A DNA stretch of 63,121 nucleotides, counting the filler, from Octopus bimaculoides (lineage: Eukaryota), in NCBI RefSeq assembly GCF_001194135.2. It is 6 parts of 6 records of this genome, joined end to end, with 100 filler letters (N's around TTAATTAATTAA, not from the genome) between each part and the next. Parts side by side here need not be neighbours in the genome. Positions count along the whole stretch, not along the records: positions 23,860 to 28,717 come from NC_068983.1; positions 28,818 to 42,824 come from NC_069000.1; 4 more parts are not named here. The stretch is one strand, 5' to 3'. Shown piece after piece: positions 27,281-38,401 of this stretch (position 1 is its first letter; every line of letters begins with the position of its first letter). The notes under the pieces were generated by a model. It was not told where the DNA came from and searched no databases. It saw only the letters and a list, made by a program, of their open reading frames with translations. The position numbers were made by a program, and so were the translations under genes.

Positions 27281-27327
27281 TTGATGCAGGTAGTTTATGC
27301 CGTCCCCCTCCGAATTTTAGTTCATGA

Positions 27328-27366
<39 letters not shown>

Positions 27367-27393
27367 TTATCGAAATGCATACATATATATGTG

Positions 27394-27429
<36 letters not shown>

Positions 27430-27480
27430 TATGTATATATATATATTATATTATGTATATATATATATATATATGTATAC

Positions 27481-27529
<49 letters not shown>

Positions 27530-27734
27530 TGTGTGCGTGTGTGTGTGTGTGTGTAACAAAGTGTAAATTCGAGAAAATTGGATACGATTAGAGCAAATGT
27601 CCTTGTAATGGCTGAGAAGCACAAGTGACATAGCTGCAGTCAAAAACTTTGCGTGTCAATATATGATTACAATATATCTGCTACAAATGGCCTAAAACAT
27701 ATAATAAAGTAAAGAACAAACAATAATAATAATA

Positions 27735-27752
27735 ATTATGATGATGATGATA

Positions 27753-27789
<37 letters not shown>

Positions 27790-27850
27790 GGAGGAGGAGG
27801 AGGAGGAGGAGGAGGTGGATGAGGGTGATGTTGATGACGATGATGATGAG
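27735..27850 (+). repeat. Compound (GAT)n/(GAG)n microsatellite
   Basis: Direct reading; source of the poly-S ORF. Confidence 0.93.
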
Positions 27851-28459
27851 TGACTATTATACTGAGATTGTTGAGATAAAATCAGACAGATAATTTTTTG
27901 CTCTCGCGGCCTAAGTAGATGTAGAATACATAAACACTCATTGAATATTTTATATCTTTCCATTTTGGTGACGGGTAATTGTGGTATTAAATAAGGTACA
28001 TAATAATCACAGATACAAACATTCACATACTTCCCTTGTACGTGCACACACATACACACACATATACTCAAACAGAGTTGAAATGCTGTTTGATTTTAAT
28101 TTTCAGCGTTGAACGTTCACCATCCCGTTTCCACTGCACACACGCACGCACACATGCACACACCTATACATAAACATCCACATTCCTCCCTCTTATATAC
28201 ATACACATATACATAGTTGAAAAGCTGATTTTTTTCACCCCTTCTTTCGTTATTCATGTTTCACCCCCTTCCTTTCTCATTCATATGTTGTGACGGAGAA
28301 AAACAGAAGATAGAGGACACGCTCTTTGCCTCCTCCTTTCTCTCATTCCCTCTCAGTCAGGGCTATAACTCTCACTACTTCTCCTTCACAGCATTACTAG
28401 TTCTCTCCTCTCCCTTCACTTATACTACGCTTTCTCCTACTCCACCTCCGTGATTTTTG

Positions 28460-28491
<32 letters not shown>

Positions 28492-28497
28492 ATATTA

Positions 28498-29390
28498 GGG
28501 ACAAAATCCAAAATTACAGGTAAAAACTCAATTAAAATCAATTTATAAAAAATTAAAATTAAATTGAGCTTTATAGATAAAATATATAAAATATATAGTT
28601 TTAGGGAAAATAACCAAGTTTCAAGAACTCATCGATGAAAATCCACTATCACATATAGAAAAATTAATAAATAAAAGCACAATAAATGAGTATAATATAA
28701 AGTAAAGTAAATATCATNNNNNNNNNNNNNNNNNNNNNNNNNNNNNNNNNNNNNNNNNNNNTTAATTAATTAANNNNNNNNNNNNNNNNNNNNNNNNNNN
28801 NNNNNNNNNNNNNNNNNAAAGTCTAAGCTAAGAGTATTATACCTGAAAAATAAGAAAATGGAGATAAATCAATTAATAAGTATATTTATTAACTGCAAAA
28901 TTAAACATAATCTTAAACAGCTGTTTCGGTTTGTACTTTAAAGATGATAATTGTAATTATTAAATCCTTTTATAAAGCGGAATCTCGTTAGAGACAGAAA
29001 AAAAGATATACCAATATATTATTAGTTGTTAAGTATGCGGAACATTACAGCAAACTGAATATCATTATTTGGATAAATTTAGTATAAACCATTTAGGGGA
29101 CGGCATAGGGTGTATATTTAGTGGAAAATAAATATATATTAATATACTCTAGATAATAGTTAGGTGCAGAGATATATAATAAATAGTAATTTACCATATA
29201 AGTAAGTATCGTATTAATATTGGGGTAAATATATTTACAGTTTATTAATATAGAGATTAGTAATAAGTAGAAGTTATTAATAGTCAAAATATTTATCCAA
29301 TAGATTAAGTACATATCGCTTACAAATCAATAAGTAAAAACTCAAAAAGGAATAGAATTGTAGATATAGGCATATATATGTGAATATGTA
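28498..29390 (-). mobile_element. Probable PLE terminal repeat (pLTR) and tail remnants spanning an assembly gap
   Basis: (AT)n-GGG-A-rich tail with AAATCAATTTAT shared with the 36.6 kb repeat; degenerate hammerhead at 28911-28997. Confidence 0.5.
28911..28997 (-). ncRNA. Degenerate type I hammerhead ribozyme
   Basis: Minus strand: tgtct-CTAACGA (G5>A of CUGANGA)-long AT-rich stem II region-GAAA-C-AGCT-G-T-T, with a palindromic stem III loop; stem I register broken. Confidence 0.5.
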
Positions 29391-29512
29391 CTTATGAAGA
29401 AATACGTTAGAACACTTGTATATAGATATACATATTAATTATCTAACGTTCATTTACATATTCACAGGTATATATATAATAAGTAAATGTAAGTATAGAT
29501 ATATATATATAT

Positions 29513-29860
29513 TCTTTCACTTGTTTCTGTCATTTGACCCTGGCCATCTCGGAGCACTGCCTTTAGTCGAACAAATCGACACCAGGACTTGTTCTTTGTA
29601 AGCCTAGTAATTATTCTATCGTTCTCTTTTGCCGAACTGCTAAGTTACGGGGAACTGCTAAGTTACGGGGAACTGCTAAGTAAGTTCTTTTGCCGAACTG
29701 CTAAGTAAACACACCAACATCGATTGTCAAACACACACACACACACAGATGACGGGCTTCTTTCAGTTTCCGTTTACCAAATCCACTCAGAAGGCTTTGG
29801 TCGGCCCGAGGCTATAGTTGTAGACACTTGCCCAAGGTGCCAGGCAGTGAAATTGAACCC
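29513..29860 (-). mobile_element. SINE family B with internal tandem duplications
   Basis: cttgtttctgtcatttgac...gccgaactgctaagttacgggg...cagtttccgtttaccaaatccactc...cttgcccaaggtgcca. Confidence 0.9.
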
Positions 29861-30059
29861 TAAAACAGAGATTGAACTCACTTCCACTTGTGCATGTACT
29901 GTACTTAATCAACGCTTATATTTCCTATCCTACTGGAAATTAAGATTTTTAAACCCAAGTTTTTGGAGTCGTAGATTTAGTATACTTTCTTCCTTAATTA
30001 AAGTCATAGTCCCAATTGAGGTATTTGTAAAAGTGAGATAGAAAGTAAGAGAAACACTG

Positions 30060-30854
30060 GAGCGCCAAATTTCCCAAATCCATCGTCACAAGAGAGCGAA
30101 AAAAAATTATTCAAGTTCTGCAATGCGAAACCACTATAATCACATCACTAGCAAAGTGACAGTCAACGTAGAATACATGGAAAAATTAGTAAACTTAGTT
30201 GAGGACGGTAGCTATTGCAACTTGAAGAAAGATCTAACTCTGATGTCTGAAAAAAAATACTGTCGAAGATTCCGAAAAAGAACAAAGATTTCTTCACATT
30301 GAATAAATATAAATAGTTGAACCACCTTACAGTAAACTGCCGCATATGTACGATCTCGCTTTTAAATTCACGAGAGCAGTATCCCACAAAGACGTGTCGT
30401 CAGTTGCCAGTGCTCAGTTGTCCCTTGAGAACAAACTCTGTGAATATAACCAACCTACTAACATGTAAGTCTCATTTTTATGTAAAGAATTGCTACGTTA
30501 TGGTATCTAAAGTGCCATCACAATGAATTATGTGGTGTTCCCAGAGTCCCTGATAACTATCCATGAATTTTGGAAATACTCATTATTAGAAGCGTTGAGA
30601 TGAAGATCGAAGTTGGCAGGATGATCTTTTGGCCAGTAATTGATCCCATCTCATTAGCCTGCAGCATCAAAAAGACTTTGATATTTGTCCATATCGTGGA
30701 TTGTTTGTTGCTGAAACGAGGAATCTTGACCTGCACATCGATTGCGTACTGCGACATCAGTCACTGACCCTTCATAATAGCGTTAGAGTCACCTTGTTGC
30801 ACCTGGAACACGAACACACGCACACACATCTATCTATCTGGCTATCTGTCTGTG

Positions 30855-30907
<53 letters not shown>

Positions 30908-31600
30908 NNNNNNNNNNNNNNNNNNATATATATATATATATATATATATAAACTGTTGGGATCAGAGTTAATTGTTAGTCTTCTTGCTTGTTCTTGATTT
31001 TCCCTTCAAAACTGCCAGACATCAACATCATATGGGAAGAACAGGACGTAATAGAGAGAGTTGCAAGCTCTGTGAACTTGGTTAATACTCTAGACCCTCC
31101 GCTTTGGTTCCTGACCGAAATATCAAGCTATCGGCAAATTGTACGATATGCACTGGGCATCGGATGGTTTCATTTACATGTCGGTATGCCGGAGCAATTC
31201 AATAATTTGAGCGTCAGTGACCTCGATAACTGCCTTGAAAGTTTTAATTATGATGTTATAATCATGTAGGAATCTTTTCGGGTCATGGAGTATCTCGGAT
31301 ATCCACTTGTTGCAGCCTGTTTGCCAGATTATGATTTGTATCATAAAAGTAGATCTACATGAAATATGGTAACCGAGCAGTTTTACTTGGCGTCAATAAT
31401 CCAATCAACAACAGTTTCCCTTGTATACTTAAGGCTGGATTATATTTAATATTTCTTTGCATTTACCGTAAAGAAGGGTGAGAAGATTATTGAGCTTCGG
31501 ATGTACTCGAATAACTTCCTCCTTGATTATGTGACGTCAAAATGTTTGTACACGAGTGTAATGAATTCAATAAAGCATCGCAAACAGAGAGAGCCTCCGT
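30060..31600 (+). mobile_element. Degraded Penelope-like element of a second family (RT and GIY-YIG remnants)
   Basis: Across frameshifts: PHMYDL.(K)IHESSIP.R.VVS (cf. YGLPKIHK..PLRPIVS) at ~30340-30410; HMGRTGR (cf. YIG.T.R) at ~31030; CLESF (cf. ILES..I) at ~31230. Confidence 0.6.
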
Positions 31601-31659
31601 TGCTTTGAACTATCACTAACGTCACCTTCATTGGCAGTTTCACATCTCTTTCTTTTTTT

Positions 31660-32045
31660 CTTTTTTACTTCTTTTAGTCATTAGATTGCGGCCATGCTGG
31701 GGCACCGCCTTCAATTTTTAGTCGAATGAATCGACCCCAGTATTTATTTATTATTTTTTAAGCTTGTTACTTATTTTATCGGTCTCTTTGCCGATCCGCT
31801 AAGTTACAAGGACGTAAACACACCATCAACGGTCGTCAATCGGTGGTGGGGGACAAACACAGATACGAACTTAGATTATATATACAACGAGCTTCTTTCA
31901 GTTTCCGTCGACCAAATCCACTCATAACCTTTGGTCGACCTGAGGCTATAGTAGAAGATACTGCCCAATATGCTACGCAGTGGGACTGAACCCAGAATTA
32001 TGTGGTTGGGAAGCAAACTTGTTGCCACACGGCCATGCCTGCACC
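31660..32045 (-). mobile_element. SINE family B, full length
   Basis: Head ccacacggccatgcctgcacc at right end; body shared with 29513 and 54340 copies. Confidence 0.9.
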
Positions 32046-32049
32046 GTGA

Positions 32050-33330
32050 TTTTCCACTGTTCTGGTATTTTCTCATCACGCTAAATCAGGTTATGTGGGT
32101 TAAGTAGCGCTGTCTTCATGGCTTTTCCTCTGTATTCAACAACATCACCAGGAATAACATATTCCAGCAACTTTGTTATTTTGCAATGATTCCAAAGTTT
32201 TTCGAACTTACTCCAACGTAATTTCATATTTAAACAGTCACGTGTAAAAAGCTCGTTCAGTTCCTGTTGGTTTCGTAGTTCTTTCAAATATGTTAAACAT
32301 CTTTGTTTCTCATCCTCTTCTGTCTTTAGACACTCGGCATTCTTACCTCTGACAGACAACTTTCCATTGCTGCTGCAATAATCTGACAATTTGCTTCAGA
32401 ATTTTGTGTATGGCTTATGAATCATTTCTTGTGGCAGTTCTCTCTATCTTTGCGACAACGCTTCTTTACTTCATTTTCCAGTATTTTATACGTCTCTTTA
32501 GTATCTTGTATCATATCTCTCTTAACTTTCTGTTCTTGTCGCTTATTCCATGGACTCTAATGATATTCACTACTTACAACATTTTCTTCCATTTCTTCGT
32601 ATTCTATTTTCGGCTGTCTCATTTGTAATACTGATCTCTATCTATTTCTGCATTTAATGCAGCATATCGATTTCCAAGGTCTAATTGATACACATTTTTG
32701 ATGTAACTTTCATTACGCTTGCTAATAAGTATCAAAAGGCTTTGGTTTTTAGATTTAAAAAATGTTTTTCTTTACTTTTACCTTGATAGATCACCATACT
32801 GTGATTTGAACTTACGTCTACTGCTCTGACAAGATTTTTCCCGTCGTCCACAAATACGTTGGCTGTTAACTTTTCTGTCGAGAATGGACTGGTGATAGCC
32901 TTCCGGCTATTTCTCTTTTGTTTTAACTAGCTATTAAAATTACAATTAGCAAATACAGTGTCTCATTTAGGCATTTTTTCTAATGTGGCGTTCAACTGAA
33001 AATAAGTTCCCTTCATTTCGTTTCAAGGTCAATTGTTGGCGCGTTTCCCTTATTTGAATCTCATCTTGTCCCAGTCTCTTTAAAGTATTTATCCATCTCC
33101 TTAAATTCTTATCTCCTGCTTACCTCATCATCATGGTTTAACTCCTGCACATTCCAAGAAGCGATTGATGCTTGAGTAATGGCCGTTAAAGTTTGATTAT
33201 TCCAGGGACATAGGCTGTCATAATTCAGTTATACTAGAAACATCTTTATCATCTCGCCAAGGTTTCCTTTAATTTAATTCTACGCGTTTTCAAGCAAAGG
33301 ATTGCTAGACCCTAGCTCAACCGTCCTTCA
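32050..33330 (-). mobile_element. RTE-like LINE, 5' half (5' UTR, APE endonuclease, linker); degraded and cut before the RT core
   Basis: IASWNVQEL at 33140-33165; LGNRYAAL, PWISD, EVKKRCRKDREN, and VRGKNAECLKTEEDEKQRCLTYLKELRN (cf. EE...RW.EYF..L.N). Confidence 0.75.
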
Positions 33331-33689
33331 CCAAACAGATTGGAACCAGTCGGCATTCTTACTTCTAAGACTATTACTTCTCCAAACACTCTCAGTTCAA
33401 TGCCACATTCTGACACTGCTAAGTCCGTAAATATTCCAGAGAGCAATACCTTGTTTAAAACACTTTATGCACTCTTGTCTTCTATACTCTCTTCACTAAG
33501 TTACAATAATGTGATGATGATGATGATGATGAATGCCACGCTGTCTCCTCCAAATCCTGCACTGATATGTTGATGTCGTTTAGCTCCCAGTCGGCCTTGG
33601 TCCTGCACACCTACGATCAAAAACTATTCCAGCTATGACCATCCCGTCCTTTTCTGAGGCAAAATAAATTCTGGATTGCATTATCTAGT

Positions 33690-35525
33690 ATGTTCATTAC
33701 TGTGCATAGAGCTGCACGAGAGGCAGATCGCCGGGTTTGGATGGTCTGCATTACGAGCTTTATTGTTCGATGCTAGACTTGTTTGCGGGCCTCTTAGCAG
33801 ACGTCTACTGCAACTGGCAGCAGAATGGGAGAATTCCTACTTTTGTCTGTCGAGGGGGACGTTATAGAGAATTTCACTCTACTCAATGCAGAGCTGAAAA
33901 TTTTGGCCAAGGTGTTAGACAAGAGGTTGGCGCTTGTCGTAGACAAGCTGACTGGCGAGACGCGAACATGCGCCATCCCAACCGAGACTATTCGCGACAA
34001 CCTCCACCTCATGCGCTACATCATAGACAGGATGGGTAACGAAGCTGGCATGGGTGGGCTCTGATAAATTTAGATCAATCTAAAGCCTTTGGTAAGTTCG
34101 ACCATCAATGCTTGGCAGCTGTTCTCAAGGCAGATGTTCTCAAGGCAGCTGTTCTCAAAGCAGCTGTTCTCAAAGCAGCTGTTCTCAAAGCAGCTGTTCA
34201 CAAGGCAGCTGTTCTCAAGGCAGCCGGGTTCGGTCCGGTTTTCTGTGGTTGGATCGCTGCTTTGTACAGCGGCATCTGCTCGGTTGTTCAGGTGAATGGT
34301 CACCTTTCAGAACATTTTAGCATCTTGCGCTTGGCCCGTCAAGGGTGCCCTCTCTCCTCCCTTCTGTATGTACTGACTCTTGAGCCTCTACTGTGGGAGT
34401 TGGAGGCTTTGAGGGGTGTCCCGCGTGATTTAGGATGTGGGAAAAGCGTGTCTGCTTATGCCGACGATGTCACCGTCATAGTGTTGAGCCACAGGCATAT
34501 AGATCTGATTGGAGACACACTACAAGAATGTGAAGCGGTGACAGGAGCAGAAATTAAGGCGGAAAAGTCAGTGGGCTAGCAACTCGATACTTGGAGAGGC
34601 TAGTCCATGCTGTCCAACAGCATCGCGGGGCGCTGGACAGACGGTGCGGTTAAATTACTCGAGGTCTGGTTTGGTCCAGACCTCCAGGTGGAGAAAAACT
34701 GGGACGAGGTGATGAACAGGGAAACCAATCTCACCCAGAAATGGGCCGAGAGGAAGCTATCCCTGAAAGGTTGAGCCGAGTGGTGAATGCGTACATCACA
34801 TCAGTCACCTATTACCGTTTGACCGTCGTTCTTTGCCCCGTTTGCTGGTTGACCAAGCTGCTGCTCTTACTCTTCCGCTTTCTGTGAACGGGCGCGTTCC
34901 ACTGGTCAGGCGCTCCATCTGCTGTCAATTCTGGGCGTCGACGAGGATCAACTTACTAGACTGTTTCGGAGAACTTTCGGGCATGGGTCTACGTATGCAT
35001 AACTTAGATAACTTCCAGAAATCCCTTGCCGAGCAGTGCTAATGAGGGGCGCCGCCCTCCTTTGACCGGGAGGTGCAGGCAATTTTTATTTGTCTGGTGG
35101 CTGTAGTGAAAGAGGTAGTATGGTGGACTCATTTGAAAGGGCTAAAGTCAGACACTTTCCTCTTTGGCCAAGCCCTCATCAATTTCTTCAAGTTCCACTT
35201 GAAGAGGAAAGTGTGGGTGGAGAGGGAAGTGCTGCTTTCTAGCAAGTTTGTTGAAAGGTGAGTGAATGAAGAATGGCCAGTGTGAAAGGACCAATTCTGA
35301 GTATACACTTGTGAAGAAATAAAAGAAGGTCTCTTGGCCTGTTGGTCAGGCACCCGTGGATTTTTGTGGGTTTTTCCATGAGGACCTTTAAAACGCCTCC
35401 TCAATTGGGAGTTTTACGTTGTTCAATTCTTATTGTTTTTCTTGTTTACACGCTGAAAACCCTTTGTTTGAGTCATGTAATTTTATGTTGTTCTATTTAA
35501 GCCCTTGTAGCAAATAAAAACAAAT
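33690..35525 (+). mobile_element. Tx1/L1-clade LINE, 5'-truncated RT and 3' end with A-rich tail
   Basis: SPGLDGLHYELY, TLLNAELKILAKVL, TIRDNLHLMRY, LDQSKAF..FDH, RQGCPLSSLLY, SAYADDV; ends gcaaataaaaacaaa. Confidence 0.92.
34114..34218 (+). repeat. 15-bp tandem repeat x7 (GGCAGCTGTTCTCAA) inside the RT, in frame (AAVLK)
   Basis: Units read AAVLK, ADVLK, AAVLK, AAVLK, AAVLK, AAVHK, AAVLK, then AAGFGPVF. Confidence 0.95.
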
Positions 35526-35534
35526 GATAATAAT

Positions 35535-35614
35535 AACAACAACAACAGCAACAGCAACAACAACAACATTCAACAACAACAACAACAATAATAATAATAA
35601 TAATAATAATAATA

Positions 35615-35662
<48 letters not shown>
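35535..35662 (+). repeat. Compound (CAA)n-(AAT)n-(TAT)n microsatellite following the LINE tail
   Basis: Direct reading; the (AAT)n/(ATT)n junction is self-complementary. Confidence 0.93.
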
Positions 35663-36624
35663 GCATATCTATATCAAATTTTTCCATTATTCCTCGCACC
35701 ATGAAAGGTGTTTTGAAATTTGAAATTACTGTTTGTGAGGTGAAAAATTGTGAACAGTGTTAGCGCAATTGATACAGGAATCGCGAAAAGATCGCCTGGA
35801 ATGTGACCTCCCAAACGTTATATGACAGAGGGGGATCAACCATACGACAGCAGAATTTGGTTATTTCTGGCAGGTCCAACTAGAGGCGGTTTTAAGCCAA
35901 TTAGACAGATTTGTTTAAATTGGGCCTGCGCAACCGCTCGTGCTATGATGAATTTTTAGTGTATTATTGTGGCTAATGGCGAAGCCTCAAGCCCGCAATG
36001 CTTTTTGGCTGCGACTGGCGTACTACACGAAGCATAAAACATCAGCTTTTGTAGAGTGGAGGGCCCCGCTGAAAATTCTCTAATTAATTGGGAACTATAT
36101 ATTAACAATCGTATTGTTCCACTTTTAAGGCAATAGGATATGGTTTGAGGAAGATGTGGCTAATATTTCTTGTGGACTGAGTGATCGCGAAGAGGTCCTT
36201 TCGTGTTATATTCTTGTCTTTGCAGAGAGATATTGAACACCTAGGTTTGCAGGAATTTCCTTGGAATAGTTTGTTATTCTTGTTGCAAGTAATAAGGGAT
36301 GTATGTATGTATCTATATACCTATTTATCTGTGTGCGTGCGTGCGTACGTGTGTATGTAAAGTTTCGAATGGAAGGAGGTTGCTCTTACACAGGAATGTG
36401 TTTTATCCGAGTGTACACCAGTTTAGCTCCATATCAATTAATATACTTTGGATTCCATTACTTTGTGTTAGTATTAGTGTTAACACTTATGAAGATCCAG
36501 TTGTTATAGATGTTTTCATCCATTCGATATAGGAGAACAGAATACTAATAATATAATATAGGGAAAATGAAGAATTTGAACACAGAAAAGAAATCAATTT
36601 ATTTATATGATTGTCAATTTCATA

Positions 36625-36717
36625 TCGCCTACGTACGTTTCAATTTCATACCTTCATTCATATGTTGCAATTAAGATTGCATTATGCATTTAAAAGGTAA
36701 AAATCTCTTCAGGGTAA
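36625..36717 (-). ncRNA. Type I hammerhead ribozyme (left arm)
   Basis: Minus strand: ttacc-CTGAAGA-long stem II-GAAA-C-GTAC-G-T-A|ggcga. Core intact, palindromic stem III loop, stem I 4/5 paired; predicted cleavage between 36630 and 36629. Confidence 0.85.
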
Positions 36718-36922
36718 AAAATGACAAATATTCGTTCACATCCTAATGGATGGGAAGTTGCTTACAGACTAAGATAGCAGCATGCCTTTGTGTATCTGTG
36801 TTTGTTACCATGTGTGTCTTTGGGACTCCTTTCTAAAAATAGCCTGAGGTTAAACTACCGCCACATTGGACCATGGCTAGTTGTAGTTCTGAGAAACTTA
36901 GATCGTACTACTAGGTCAATTT

Positions 36923-36997
36923 TTGCCCTGAAGAGATTTTTACCTTTTAAATGCATAATGCAATCTTAAGGTAAGAAATTGAAACGTATGTAGGCGA
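36923..36997 (+). ncRNA. Type I hammerhead ribozyme (right arm)
   Basis: ttgcc-CTGAAGA(36928-34)-gatttttacctt...aaggtaagaaatt (12 bp plus 1 bulge)-GAAA(36981-84)-C-GTAT-G-T-A|ggcga. Stem I 5 bp (one G-U); predicted GUA cleavage after 36992. Confidence 0.88.
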
Positions 36998-37074
36998 TAT
37001 GAAATTGACTATAATATAAATAAATTGATTTTTTTTGCTGTGCTCAAACTCTCCATTTACCTTACACACACACG

Positions 37075-37117
<43 letters not shown>

Positions 37118-38401
37118 NNNNNNNNNNNNNNNNNNNNNNNNNNNNNNNNNNNNNNNNNNNNNNNNNNNNNNNNNNNNNNNNNNNNNNNNNNNNNNNNNNN
37201 NNNNNNNNNNNNNNNNNNNNNNNNNNNNNNNNNNNNNNNNNNNNNNNNNNNNNNNNNNNNNNNNNNNNNNNNNNNNNNNNNNNNNNNNNNNNNNNNNNNN
37301 NNNNNNNNNNNNNNNNNNNNNNNNNNNNNNNNNNNNNNNNNNNNNNNNNNNNNNNNNNNNNNNNNNNNNNNNNNNNNNNNNNNNNNNNNNNNNNNNNNNN
37401 NNNNNNNNNNNNNNNNNNNNNNNNNNNNNNNNNNNNNNNNNNNNNNNNNNNNNNNNNNNNNNNNNNNNNNNNNNNNNNNNNNNNNNNNNNNNNNNNNNNN
37501 NNNNNNNNNNNNNNNNNNNNNNNNNNNNNNNNNNNNNNNNNNNNNNNNNNNNNNNNNNNNNNNNNNNNNNNNNNNNNNNNNNNNNNNNNNNNNNNNNNNN
37601 NNNNNNNNNNNNNNNNNNNNNNNNNNNNNNNNNNNNNNNNNNNNNNNNNNNNNNNNNNNNNNNNNNNNNNNNNNNNNNNNNNNNNNNNNNNNNNNNNNNN
37701 NNNNNNNNNNNNNNNNNNNNNNNNNNNNNNNNNNNNNNNNNNNNNNNNNNNNNNNNNNNNNNNNNNNNNNNNNNNNNNNNNNNNNNNNNNNNNNNNNNNN
37801 NNNNNNNNNNNNNNNNNNNNNNNNNNNNNNNNNNNNNNNNNNNNNNNNNNNNNNNNNNNNNNNNNNNNNNNNNNNNNNNNNNNNNNNNNNNNNNNNNNNN
37901 NNNNNNNNNNNNNNNNNNNNNNNNNNNNNNNNNNNNNNNNNNNATATATATATATGTATGTATGTATATACATACATATATACATATATATATACATATA
38001 TATGGATACGTATATATTCATACATATATATACACCTATATATACACATATACATACATACACATATATATATACATTACATGTATATATATATGTAACA
38101 TATGCGCGCGCACATTCACAAACATACATACACATATCCAAGACATCAATGTCTTAATATATCGCTGATCACAATGCACTTTCTTTCTTCCTCGAATATG
38201 CCCTTCTCTTCCAATACATCAGGATTGACTATGGCCGCCTTCACGTCATCTTGCAAGTCTTGGAAGTTTACTCATCAGATCTCTTGGATATCATTCAGCA
38301 AGTACAAGGGTTCATCCGTTGTCTTTGAACATTACGATTTGTCCGGCCCTGCGAAATTTGTACCATTATCACATCGTTCACTTGACTTCGTTTTCGAATT
38401 A

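Larger units (their letters stand above)
36561..37031. mobile_element. Foldback unit with 135/117-bp inverted arms and 189-bp spacer; probable minimal PLE remnant with inverted pLTRs
   Basis: 36591-36725 matches the reverse complement of 36915-37031 with 6 mismatches and one 18-nt indel (36655-36672); only the left arm carries a GGG-A-rich tail. Confidence 0.8.

Noticed and set aside
27270-27293. ctacctgc/gcaggtag 8-bp hairpin at the mariner boundary
   Set aside because: Too short; probably a rearrangement scar where the second TIR was lost.
31515-31560. cttgattatg..aaaatgtttgta at the end of the second PLE
   Set aside because: Right position for a pLTR hammerhead, but several core mismatches; cannot be supported.
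34114-34218. Regular repeat resembling a CRISPR array
   Set aside because: No spacers; contiguous 15-bp units within a eukaryotic LINE RT.
35881-36080. tagaggcggtttt...gggccccg, reminiscent of hAT-type ends
   Set aside because: No matching inverted terminus or 8-bp TSD found.
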